Positions 1 through 12,423 of a DNA stretch of 56,197 bases are shown here, one piece after another. Under the pieces are notes generated by a model. The model searched no databases. It saw only the letters and a list, made by a program, of their open reading frames with translations, and was not told the origin of the DNA. The stretch is from Cystobasidiomycetes sp. EMM_F5 (Eukaryota): NCBI GenBank assembly GCA_051047955.1, contig JBPGPT010000058.1, positions 1 to 56,197 on the forward strand, given 5' to 3'. The translations under genes were made by a program, and so were the position numbers. Each line of letters opens with the position of its first letter. The first letter of the stretch is position 1.

Positions 1-61
1 GACTCACGTTCAACAGTCTAACGCATGTCGCGTTCAACTAACAACTGACATCTTCCTAGTC

Positions 62-448
62 CGCATGTTTGACGGTCAAACCGTTCATACTGACGTTGCC
101 AAGTGGATCCGATGCTATCGAAACGATATGGAAGATACAACCTGGCGTTGGAGATGGTGGGATCTATTCACAATAGCTTGTAATAACGCTCGATACTGGT
201 GGAAGGAGCATCAAAGCAACGCTGGTTTGGCTGACGCTTACGATGTGATGGAAGCAGGAATTGTCGAGCTCGAGCGAGAGCTCCTGCAGGAGCGCGCCAA
301 AAATACGCACTACCGAGTCAAAATACGCGATTTGCGCTTCAATTTCAATGCCGAACGTGAAGCTCAACTGATCAAGCAGGAAGAAGTTGATGTAATGCAG
401 ACGATGCTTATGGATCGTGACGTCCCGTTTGATGTCATACGCGCCGAG
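62..448 (+). CDS. Exon of a hypothetical protein, probably starting upstream of the window (coiled-coil-like, Trp-rich)
   Basis: Open frame (ORF 65..610) preceded by an intron-like gtcgcg...ctgac...ctag and followed by a gtaaga donor at 449. No family recognised. Confidence 0.35.
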
Positions 449-578
449 GTAAGAAAGCGACGGCCACATGCTCAAATTGTGGCTCGTCGTCACGGCGTAA
501 CAGTGTGCGTACTGCAAGCGGCCTCCGCAAGTCGGCGCTGGGTGAGGTCTTACCAGTGCTCAGGGAGGCGGGATGGTA

Positions 579-677
579 GAACAATCAGCTGTCAGTGCAA
601 ATGCGCCTAGCTGGCTGACGCCACCTGCTGACCTGTATGGAACAAGCGCTGTTAGTGCGAGTGCGCTTAGCTGGCTG
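579..677. repeat. Imperfect direct repeat (~38 bp, period ~60)
   Basis: gctgtcagtgcaaatgcgcctagctggctg (588-617) versus gctgttagtgcgagtgcgcttagctggctg (648-677), both preceded by gaacaa. Confidence 0.7.
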
Positions 678-1878
678 GAGCAGAAGCAGGCCTAAGACTC
701 GAGGGGACTCCTTCACACTGCTCACAGCCATACCGGTTGTTGCGCAAGTGATCCGGCTCGCAGCCTTTGCTTTTGCGGCCAAAGCGGAGTGCTCTCCTGG
801 GCATTAGCGCGAGGTGCTGTCATGTCATGTACACACACCTCGGTGCTATCCGCTCAGCATGGACGTCCATGCCGCCATCGGACTTTCTCCGGCAGGGACC
901 CGGCTGACTCTGCTGTCCCTGCTTGCATGGCTTGCACGCCGGTTAGCTGTGCTGATGACCCTCGACGACAGTTTTCACTTGTGTAACCATCGTTCCTCGG
1001 TTAAATACGATAAAACTTCGCTCTGAACACCATCACCTTTCCAGATGTAGTACCAGAATTCATCTGCGACTCCACTTCACTTCTAGTAGATAGACTATGC
1101 AAGCAGACAGACTGAAGTCGCCGAAGACAGCATTTAAAAAAATAGTCTAAGATCGCTGGCTTAAAAATTCTATCACTTCATGTTAACACTCCTTTGAATG
1201 TTTGGCACAGCTATACTTTCGCGGGGACACAAAGTTGAGCGTTACAATCTCATTGCTTAGTGAACCTTGGATAGACATTGTAAGCACAGCTAGTTCTGTT
1301 CCTTCGTCTTTTTCTTTACGGTCATGAATCTGGGTTGAAAGAAAGGCTGTACAGTAATGGGGTAGCGATGAAAATATGGGCTAAAACACAGATCTCTTAT
1401 GGACACAAGCACACGATGCTAGCCATGGGAAAAAGCGCTGCCGTTGTCTTCATTCAGACGCCAACGTAGCCTCGGCCCGGCTTCGATTTCAAAGAGCGGA
1501 ACCCTACTGCATGCTGTCATGACGGGCATTCTGCAACTTGGTATTGTCGACTGATGTTTTGCGCTTCGTCTCTGCATTGTACGCCTCACACCTCATACTC
1601 ATAGTGTCCAGAAACGCGCGAATTCCATACAACGCGGGATGTGCTACGTACGCTTTCGCAATCATAAGTCATCTCGGTTTCTGGTGGAAATAGTGTTGAT
1701 ACTAATGACTGGACTGGGTGCTGCAATCACGACAATTAACAGGATTCAACACCTGTACGCAAAACAACGCAGTCCCTCATTACAAGATTGTTTACTGTCA
1801 ATGCGCTGCGCACTGCGTACACCCCGCCTAAGTTGGGCGATGATACGCGTGAATTGCGCGCACACCGCCATCTTGCTC

Positions 1879-3258
1879 TTATACCTTGACAGGCCGAGCT
1901 CTGCGAGCAGAATGTAACGCGGACTGTGCTAGAAGGTAGAATTGCTCCTGATATCATTCGGCATCAGCCACTTGTCTGCCATAGATGCACGGTTATATAA
2001 CATCCTCTGCCTACCTTGCTTGCAAACAAGATGGCAGCCGTGAGCATGCTTTGTGCTAATTTGGGCGCAATTCCGCGATACAGCACGCGCTGTCGAATGT
2101 TTGTGACAGTAAGGATGTGATAAGTGTAAGGAAGGAACACCACAGCCTACCAAGCCTTCTTCGTCAATGATGCGCCGCAACGCATTGGCTGCACTCGTGT
2201 AGCCCGCAGCACCTCCAGCTTGCATTCGCGACTGACAAAACGAATACGCAACGTTGTTGGCGCTGAGCTCGCAAGCCGCTTCAAATCATTCGGGTGCGTA
2301 CCTTGACAGTGAGGTATGGATACGTGGATCCAGTCGCTAAAAGCTTGGTGAATGCACCAAGGATAAAATTCTCCAGCGAGGTCAGTACGGCTTGCTTGCC
2401 GGCTTTACGGCGAGCCAGAAGAACATTCTTTATCTGTTCAAACGCAGTGTACGCGATAACCTGTCATGAGCAGGGAATGTGTGAGTACGGTTAGGTGTAG
2501 CTGACTTTCGTGAGAGTGAGTGTGGGTCTCACAGGATTGATGACCAATATAAGGGCTGGCCCGAGACCACGAAAGAAAGCCAGAACCCCTCCCTGATTGT
2601 ATATCTTTTCGACCGTTTGCAGGAAACCTAGCTTCTTCACCACGGTTTTTTTGCCTGTATTTGGATCGTGCCTCGTCTCGAGTTCCCCCTCCTCTCTGGC
2701 ATCTGTTTGCGAAGCCGGAACCGTCTGCGTCCAGTTCCATCAGCCAGTCTGGGATTCAAATAACCGCCAATCTGGCACACACCATGGAAGTCGAGACTAC
2801 CCAGATGCCATTGGTCATTATAGAAGTGATGCACCCGGCTAGCGACGAAGCGATGATGCTCTCGAGTGTCGTGAGCGCTTTAGACGATTTGCCGGCATGC
2901 TTGAACCGCAGGATAAGAGTCCTAGCCTCTTCAAAGGTCATGTAGAATATGCCATTCGTCACTGGTGCGATATAAGACGATTGAAACAACCCGTATTAGC
3001 TATATGTGATTAGGCTACCGTAGAATTCGAGGAGTGCTGCTCACCAGCGATTCCCACTAGGTTCGTGCTGAGGCCGTCGAACAGCGCCAAAGCGCCTTCC
3101 TGAGCAATAATTCGACGTGCAGCCTGTAGCGTAGACTCGCTGAAGCCAGAAGCGCGTTTCTCGACCTGGGCGCGGGTACTGATAGCTATAAGAGGGTATG
3201 TGATGGACGTTGCAAAGACGCCAGCGAGGCTGCCAGCCAGGGCGTGAACGGACGACAT
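1879..3258 (-). CDS. PMP47: SLC25 carrier, peroxisomal PMP47/PMP34 (SLC25A17)-like; multi-exon
   Basis: Three carrier repeats across exons: MSSVHALAGSLAG...TYPLIAISTRAQV, TSIMTNGIWVVST, STYPYLTVK|SRMQAG...LYRGIAPKLAQSMLTAAILFASK; last exon ends RPVKV*. Confidence 0.75.
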
Positions 3259-3493
3259 GCCTGCTTTGTCAGTTCAGTGGACGGAGATCAGCTTCAGTTG
3301 TCAGAAGCCAGACAGCTTCGCGCGACTGACATTTACGTTTGTCCGCCCCCGGCCACAATTATGCCGGAGCGGACTCCGGGTAACGCGTAAACGAGGTGTG
3401 CAATCATTCTCCAAAAAGGTCAAGATTTGGTGTACAACGACAGGTGATGAATGCAGAACAACGTCTAGTCTCCTCCATGGCAAGCCACCAGTC

Positions 3494-4316
3494 TCAGCTG
3501 TCATCGGCCAGGAGCTCTTCTGACAGTATCCGAACCAGGACGACATGCATTTCTGTCCTTGCGTCGCCTCGCAGCACGTCCGATACAAAAGTGGCAGTGA
3601 CTTGATATTGGATCTGGGGTAGACATCCAAACATATTCAGCAAGCGATGAGCAAGCACGCCAGCAGGGAGAACGAGGGTACCATTTCGAGAGCGCCGCGA
3701 ACTACGCCACACAGCACGTTAGAATACCACAATCCTTCTTTTGCTGGAGATCCGTGGTACACCGCATCCGCGGCGGCTGGCAGCGCATCCTCTGGCAGTT
3801 CTACAAACTCGGCCAGCGGATTCTCGTCAAATACGATTGAAAACTCCTTGATGGGACCAGATGGTGAGGGGAAGAGCAGAGTGGGTGTGACGTTGAGAAA
3901 GGAGCGGAATCCAACCTGCAGAATATGCATTACATATGATTAGCAGCCGACTCTGCAAAGAGTAACTCTTTGACCACCTTTGCGAGAACTTCGGCAACAT
4001 CGCGCAGATCCTGACACGCTTGCGCGCCCGTCTTCGCCAATAAGTCTTCGATAATACGACTGCCCATGGAGAATCCCATCCGCTCGAGCTGCTTGTTGAC
4101 TACGGCGTAGTCTTCGTAGTCTTTGATTAGCTGAACGACGAGCGCTCCGTAGGTGAGGGTGAAGAGTTCTGCGTTCTAGAGGTGAATCCCGCAGAGTCAA
4201 GGAGCATACATCAGCGCCATGTCGCTTCTTTATTTATTGCATACCATTTTATCTGTTCGTCGCCATAGCTCGTCGCCGAGCTGCTTGGTCTTTGCGCTCC
4301 TCGCTGCAGCCGCCAT
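3494..4316 (-). CDS. BET3: TRAPP complex subunit Bet3 (TRAPPC3); 4 exons
   Basis: NAELFTLTYGALVVQLIKDYED, ENPLAEFVELP, LWYSNVLCGVVRGALEM, FVSDVLRGD. Confidence 0.95.
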
Positions 4317-4948
4317 AGTTTGTTACCTGTCTAGAGCTGTATGTCGAGCATTCTCATTACTTTCTTGATCCTTATCGTCGTCGTCGTCGACCGAAGCCAA
4401 CCCTTGACGTGCCTTTGATTCCGGGCAACCATCTCGACTGCGGTCGACAACATCGCCAGGCGTAAAGCTCCGCCGACTACTCTGCTGCTGCTGCTGGCTT
4501 GCTGCACATCAACGCGGCAGTATCGCCCTCAGTCCAAGCCGACTTGAACGGGACCTCTGGTGCCATTGGAACCTCGGAAAAAGAATGCTCGATATTCTGC
4601 AACAATTACTCCGTTTCCACAACTACTACGACCCGTTCAGCATACCCAGTGTCGTCTATCGAAGCTAGTCCCGCAGCCTAGCCTTTCGAACCGTCACGCC
4701 AGCCCGTTCTGCGGAGTTTCGCAAACATCACAATTTTTTAGCTCAAGCGCTGAACACTCTGGACGTTGCAGCAGAGCCCGGCTACGATCTGGAAGAGTCC
4801 TGGCATACACCCTACCGCCTTCTTCAACGCAAGCCTGCCTTGTCTTTTGACAGTCGCTAGACCCAAACTAGGGCATTTTACCGTCCAAGCAACCCAATAA
4901 CCCCTCATCATCCACAACAATCTCCCTCGCCCAGCTGCCGAAACCTCA

Positions 4949-7922
4949 ATGTACAAGCGTAGTCGCCTATCCGGGAGAGGCGCCGGCGTCAATCAGAGGG
5001 ATGCAAATTTTGCCCTGAAACTTGGCTCGAGGTCAAGTGAACGGCGACCGAAATCACCATTGTCGCGCGAGCCCCGACCAGGGCCATCGGATCTGTCGAA
5101 GGCCCACACACAACTTCGCCCAGCTGCCTCAGAACACGACTCTGACTCCCAGCCATTACCACAAAGCAAGAAGCATCAGCATCAGCAGCACGATAATCAT
5201 CACGAAGAACAGCAGCACGAGCGTCAACAACAGAAGCAAGAACAACAAGACGAACCCAAGCAAGATCACCAACGACGTCGTCGTGACAGAAAACAGGGGC
5301 ACAGGTCTCCCGACCGACATACCCTCAAACACTCCACAAAACGGCGACAAGAAATCCCAGCAAAGTCACGCTCTTCGAGGCGCGCCGTCTCAAGCGCAGA
5401 AGACAGTAGTGACGATGAAGACGCGGTTGAAGCAGATGAAACAGATGCGCGGCGGACAACGAGCATCATCGTAAAAGAGCGTTCTACTCATCAATCGACT
5501 CACGAATATGGTACCTCGCACTTGCCAGTTCATTCCGGCTCGCTGCTGCCTTCCGTTCAGACCAAGCCCTCCGCCGGCCGGATCATTCTGCGGCTGTCCC
5601 AAGGTTCAGGCACAATGCGGACGCAGCCCGGGGACGCCAATTCTCAGGCTGCGAACTCAGCGACATCTCGAGTGCCGCCCAGCATTCAAAACAAAGACCC
5701 CATATTGTCCGCCGAAATCAGTACGGACACGGCGAAGTCCCATCTGGACGTAGTCAATGGCACCGCCAACTATCCTGCATCGGATTCCTCCGACACTCTT
5801 TCCGAGCTTTCAGATGATGAAGATAAGCCAACCGATGAGGATGAGCACGATGATGACGATGACGAGAACATCGAGGACTCTGAAGAGCGATTCCTCATTG
5901 CCGATACGATACGAAAAATTAACAAAACGACGAAGTCTCAGAATCATCTCAATAGTGGGCTTCCTGTCATAAATGCCGGACCAACGGACGAAAACGATGC
6001 GTTTGAAGTCATCGGGGAAGCCAATCTTGGCGAATTCGAGAATCTTAGCCATCCATTCACCTCATTCGCCCGGTCGTCAACCTTGTACAGCGTACGACAG
6101 CGCGGTAGTGAGGACGCTCCTGTCACATGGTCTGGGGCTGAAGAGAGCGAAATTGGCGATCTAGACGATCTTCTCGGCTTGACGGAGCAAGAGTCCAGCT
6201 TCCTTCTTGGCAATCTATCTGACGACAGCACTACCGACAAGACCATGCGTTTTGAGGATTTCTTGGCTCAGGATGATGGGACGGACTTTTCAGATTCGGC
6301 CGAATCCGCAGACGATGAGGGTGAGGACGAGAGCGCACCTGGAGATATCAGCGAGGAGGAGGCAGCCAATGATGACGATCCTCACATCGTGACATCGCAC
6401 GAAATTGTCGAACAGGGTGGATTCGTATTCTACAGAGGTATGTCGCGCAGGGTGGACATTGCGCTGATGTGCTGATGTCGCATCTCTAGCTGGTTCAGAG
6501 GAAGATGATAACGAGTCGCAAGTTCTCGCGCAGGATGTTCCGATTGATGCGAACGATAGCGGAGATACGACGGATACCCTCGATGATACGGATCATCTTG
6601 GCATGATTCGCTTTGGTATAGAGAGTGCTGATGAGGGCGATGAGGATGCCGAAGAGGCGCTTGCCAAGGCTCGAAGAGATCGCGGCTTACTGGATGCTCA
6701 GAATATCGGGCTGAGCGTTTCCTTTGATGCGCTGGCGGAGCAACCAGAAGCGGTTATTGCCAAGGCGGCAAGATCTTTGGGTGTCAGTCAGGACAGGGCG
6801 GCTCAGATCCTTACCAGCATCGGCATGTCTTTACTACTAGATGCGGGAAACAGTCAGAATATGGACACGTTTTCGCGACCCACTGCTCCAGCACCCCCTT
6901 CGTCTACATCTGCGCAATACGGAAATACGTTCAGACGCTTATCGTCGAGAACGCATGCATCAAGTCCTCCGACGACCGCAGAGGTACACCTTTCACCAGC
7001 AACAAATCTCTCGAGACCGCCAATGGGCAACTTTTTGCCTTCACGAGAATTGGATTTGTGCGTTATTGTGCCTGCTGGAAGCGACGGGCACATCGCGTCT
7101 CCCTTTTCCTCCCGCAAAAGCAGACGCCGGGCGAGTCGCACAGTATGCTCTTCTTTCGCCTGTACCGTCCTTGCATGATACTGATGCGTTCTGCTTTCTC
7201 AGTGCAATGAGGTGTCTGGGTCTCCTTCAGGGTGGACCCATTCGCGTGGACAATCCATCTTGTCTTCTACATCTGGCACCTCTAGTCAAGCTGGGCAATA
7301 CCCTTGCTTTGACGAAGAGCACTATACTGTCTATGTCGACATTAACGAATTTTTGGACACAGATATGATGCAAGCCGGCACGTCGAGCTCCACCGATGAG
7401 GAGGACGATCTAGACGATGGCGCATCAATCAGCACGGCTGTCGCTGGAAGTGTTGTTGGTGACTTTGGGCGCTGGGACCGAGTTCCAATCGGCGCCTTTC
7501 GCAGCCGGTACCCCGACCCCGTCCAAGCCTCTTCTCATCCACAGGCAGGCAACGCTCTCATGTCAAGTTCTGCACATGGCGTGAGTCTTCACCCTACTGT
7601 ATCGAGTCTAGGCAAGCGGAAACGGCGGTATATACCTGTGTCACCGGTTCTGTTGCCTGTCAACGCATCCCACTCCAACATCAAAGCCATATCACAAGCA
7701 AAGTCGCACCGTCAGCGGCGCAAGGACAAACAGCAGTCCAAGAAACGGATTAGAACGCATTCTCGTCTGGGGCAGTCCCCGTCGAAACTTGGTGGTGGGC
7801 CAAAGACTGACAGATCTCGGGGTGCGGATCACACGCTTCCTTCCGAGGGCTTAGGTCACATTGTCTCACCTCTCTTCTCTGGCGTGGCTGGCATAAATGC
7901 CATACCATCCTTCTCTCTGTGA
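4949..7922 (+). CDS. Large acidic, low-complexity nuclear protein, Ifh1/Crf1-like
   Basis: Successive ORFs 4949-6475, 6603-7178 and 7212-7922 separated by short introns. Short motifs SGDTTD, RPPMGNF and RWDRVPIGAFR resemble Ifh1/Crf1 blocks; basic NLS-like runs at the C-terminus. Confidence 0.55.
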
Positions 7923-8183
7923 GGGAGACCGTGTATCATTATTCACTAGGACGCGTATCTTCCGCACATTCGCCTTGTACGCATCGCGGTGTCGTTGTTT
8001 CACTCTCAGCAAGCCCTTTGTATCGATAGACTGATTTCCATGTAACTAATACCTGATTCGAGCAAGTCTTTTGGTCTGCCTCGATTGACGCGCCTCGGGT
8101 TTTTGATAATGACCTTTAAAGATCCGGATGTGTCTTTCGCTTTGACCATCCTGAGCACGAACCAATATATCAATATTCAAAGC

Positions 8184-9692
8184 ATGCCGGGCAGACTCGA
8201 GAACAAGGTTGCCATCATCACTGGCGCTGGCAGCGGCATTGGCCTCGAAGCTGCAATCCTGTTTGCGTCCGAGGGCGCCAACGTCGTATGTGCCGATATC
8301 AACGGGCAAGCTGCAGACAAGACCGCAAAACTCATCGCCGAAACGGTCAAGGACGGGCCGCGAGCGTTGGCTGTGGTAGCGGACGTCGGGAAGGAGAGCG
8401 ACATCGAGAAGCTCGTCGAGAAAGCTGTAGCCGAGTATGGTCGACTGGACGTCATGTTCAATAATGCTGGAATCAGTAGGTCAGGTGGACTCGGGAATTG
8501 ACCATGTAGACTGATGATGCGATCCATTTGTAACGTCCTCGTTGCGCTCGTGTAGTGCACCCAGCTGATGATGACGGTAGGTCATTCGTCGCCAAAGCGC
8601 GTAAAGTCAGCTCGAGCGGGCTGCTCAATACCTTCTCCATGCTTTATAGCCATCAACGTTGAAGAAAAGATCTGGGATCTTACGCAGCAGATGTACACGA
8701 GTTCCACATTGAGCGTACTCTGCGTCGGCTAATCTTTAGCCTCTCAGCAACGTCAAAGGGGTCTGGTGGGGTTGCAAGGTAGGTGCACAAAGTCGAGCGG
8801 AAATATGTGCCTGCTCATTTTGCAACGATCTGGCTCGCTAGCACGCTATCCTTGCGATGCGCCAAAATTCAGAGGATCCCAGCAAAGGATTGCACAGGGG
8901 CGGATCAATCATAAACACGGCAAGCTTCGGTAAGGCATCATGCACTTCACAAGGACGCTCATTTACACATTTTACCACATGCAGTTGCCAGTATGGGGGC
9001 CGCTACGCCACAAGTGGCCTACACTGCATCAAAAGGCGCAGTGTTGGCCATGACGAGGGAGATGGCCATGGTACATGCTCGCGAAGGCATCAGAGTCAAT
9101 GCTCTGAGTCCGTGCGTGAAACTTTGATCCTCCGGAGTAATACATCTTGTCTGATCCTCATCTTCTTGCTCACAGAGGACCCCTCAAGACGCGTAAGTCG
9201 ATCTAGATTTCTTACCATGCAATACGTCGTCTGAAATGACGCAATGCATTGACGCAGCACTGCTTATGGACTTTCTGAACACGCCTGAGAAGAGAGATCG
9301 CAGGATGGTGCACATTCCCATGGGTACGTGCAAATTCGGTCTGAGCCGGTGAGTATACACTGACCAAAGCCATTTGCCACCGCAGGACGTTTCGGAGAAG
9401 CTATTGAACAAGCCAGGGCTGCCCTTTTTCTGGCCTCGGACGATTCATCCTATATTACTGTAAGCGATGTACCCCAGCCAGGCCAGACAACGCCGCGCTT
9501 AACACTGATGAACTTATGACTCATAGGGCAGCGACTTCAAAGTTGATGGTGGAATCTCGGGCTGTTATGTGGTGGGTTTGCAGAAACGCAGTATCCCTTA
9601 ACGGCTAGCAATCAATTCTAACGTGTCCGGCTCGACAGACAGCAGAGGGAGATCCTATCTTGTCCCCGCCAAAAGGCTTCTCGGGAGTATAA
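8184..9692 (+). CDS. Classical short-chain dehydrogenase/reductase; 11 exons
   Basis: TGAGSGIG Rossmann motif, NNAGI, NTAS, catalytic YTASK, IRVNALSPGP, VDGG; reconstructed across 10 GT-AG introns. Confidence 0.9.
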
Positions 9693-9918
9693 ATTCCTTG
9701 AAGTCGCATCTGCGCTGCTGTTGAGAACCTCACGGCGCAGCTTCACGTTACGGGACATAGATCTCAAGTGGAACTCCGTCGTCGCATTCCTTTTCGCATG
9801 CATATCAGAAGTATTGTTGCAGTGTCTACTCAGAAGCTCGTTGTCATTATTGCAGTAGTCGAGTCTACGAAATACCCGCTCGAATCGGAACATATCATGA
9901 TGCCTCTCTGGTTCGGTG

Positions 9919-12050
9919 ATGTCCACGATGAAACCAAAAATGTTTCGCAGCCTGTTTCTAAGCCGGAACTATGCTACCCGAAGTTTGTCAACATCGTCGT
10001 CGTCGTCACCGCGGAGTCCTTTACAACCCGCCCGGTTGTCCAGGATATATGCTCCGATAGCAAAGCTCGACAAGACTGACAGCACGGATGGACTGCGGAG
10101 CCTCAAATACCTCTTACGAGCTGGATTCGTTAGGCAGGTGAGGCTCCGCTCGTCCAGCTTGAAGTCGAGACCTGGACTGATATGCGACGCATATATCTTA
10201 AAAAACTAAATTCAACTAACAAATCCCGCAGTCATCAGCTGGGATATATGCCATGCTGCCTATGGGACAGCGCGTGGTTGAGAATATTGAGCGAATCATC
10301 GAGCGTGAAATGTTCAATATCGGTGAGCACAAACTGAAGCGAGAATGATCCAATTGAATGCGCCAGAAATTAAATTTGCTATGGCTCTTACAAGGCGCAT
10401 CTAAATTGTCAATGCCACATCTACTCTCCCCGACTAACTGGCACAAGACGGGCCGCTGGGAATCCACGGGCTCCGAGGTCAGCATTATTACCGCGAATCT
10501 GCTTCGCACCCCATCTGACTTGATGCTCGTGTCTTGTCTGTAATGCGCGCGCTAACTCCCTCAAGCTCTTTCGTGTTCAAGATCGGAAAGACAGCGATAT
10601 GTTGCTGGCGCCTACGCATGAGGAAGAGATCACGGCTCTGGTCGCCAGCGACACTTTTAGCGAAAAAATGCTCCCCATCAGACTATTTCAAATTGGTGGG
10701 TCACCCACTGCGAAAGCGTAAGGCTGCTGATCCCGTACGTTACGATCTGATAACGTCTACAGGTCGGAAATTTCGGGACGAGGCTCGTCCACGCGGTGGA
10801 CTTCTTCGCGGCCGAGAATTCCTTATGAAGGATCTGTACACCTTCGATGCCACTATAGAGCAGGCTCGCATAACCTACAATAGTGTCAGAGAAGCCTATC
10901 GGCGCATTTTTGACAAGCTCAGAGTTCCATTCTACGAAGTATGCGAAGCCCGCACGTCCTCCAGCCCAAATGTTCTGATGGTCAAACCGAGCAGGCTCTT
11001 GCAGATACTGGAAATATAGGCGGCGAATCGTCCCATGAATTTCATTATGCCTCAAAAGGTAGTTGCGCCTCCTTTCCGTCTTGGATTCGGCTGATGTGCG
11101 GTCAGTAAGCGGGAGAAGATCAGCTCATCATGTGCCCGAGCTGTGACAGCACGACAAACATCGAACTAGCAGAGTCCCGCCCGCTGACGAATATGACGTA
11201 TCTCGATGACGAAGCTTGCTCCGTAACGCTGGCAGAAGATACGCATAGCGATGCCATACTTGCTATTGTGACGCTAAAGTCAAATCAGCCGAATCTCGCG
11301 AAGGTTAAGCGACAACATCCATCTGCACACATTCTTCACGCTAAGGTGCAACATCCAGACAAGTGGAACTCCCTCCACGTATTGCTAGACGAGAATTGTG
11401 CACATTTGGACACGGAAACTCTGGACACAGTCGTCGCTGCAAAGCTCGGTGGACAATCCCCGCTTACTATATGGCCAGCACCTCCAACATACACGGTTGG
11501 TGATTATCGCATGGCCGAAGTCGATGAGGGCTGCCGTCGCTGCGGAGCGACTTTGTTGTCGATATCTGCCATCGAGGTTGGCCATACCTTCCTACTAGGG
11601 ACGCACTACTCGGCGGCGCTGCAAGCACAGTTCGCCAGAACAAGTGTTCGCGAACAGTCACGAGCATACTTTCAAATGGGTTGCTTCGGAATTGGCATTA
11701 CACGCATAGTCGGCGCAATCGCAGAGAGTATGTCGGATGAAAATGGCTTGCGGTGGCCCAAAGGAGTAGCGCCTTTTGACGCTTGCATTATCAGCCGTCA
11801 GCCAGACGATGCTGCGACAGTGCTTGCGCATCTTACGGACCTGACAGGCCTGATTGAGGACGACCGATACCATATCTCCATCGGAAAACGTCTAGAAGAT
11901 GCTGAGTTGACAGGCTATCCCCTCGCGATTGTCATTGGTCGCGAGTGGACGACTGCGAGGAAGATCGAGCTCCACGACAGGCTGAGCGGCGATGTGTCTT
12001 TGATGACGCCGGCAGATCTCGCGACGCTTCTGTGTCGTGACAGTGCATGA
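9919..12050 (+). CDS. AIM10: Mitochondrial prolyl-tRNA synthetase
   Basis: Arg/Ser-rich presequence, [58 protein letters not shown]-terminal anticodon-binding domain. Confidence 0.92.
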
Positions 12051-12423
12051 GCTCAAGATTCCCGTGCAGCCAGTATGCACGCAGAAACAGCGCAACCCGA
12101 ACGTCCTCTTCAACGGCCATTGCTATTAGGTCAAGGAAGAAGTTCGCTAGCAAAAGCGACGAGAGAGCCCCGTTGAGACTGTGCATTCCGCACCACCTGC
12201 AAAGCTGCGAACGTATTTGAGCCTCGAGTAAGCGGCAAATGCTGGTCGACTAATTACAGGACGGTCCTTCGAGCAAAACAGGCGGGGCTGTAAGCTCTCG
12301 CTACGCCTTTCAACACAGATTTAAGCTATCATACAAGCCTGAGCGCCTCTTTCAGACATATGCCTGGCACCTGGCGGTAGCAGAACGGAGTTGAGGGGAG
12401 ATAGTCGGTATCAATGGTGATGC

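Noticed and set aside
9640..9860. Cryptic PTS1 via readthrough or alternative splicing in the SDR
   Set aside because: No TGA-CTA stop context, and the frames I checked do not end in an SKL-like tripeptide.
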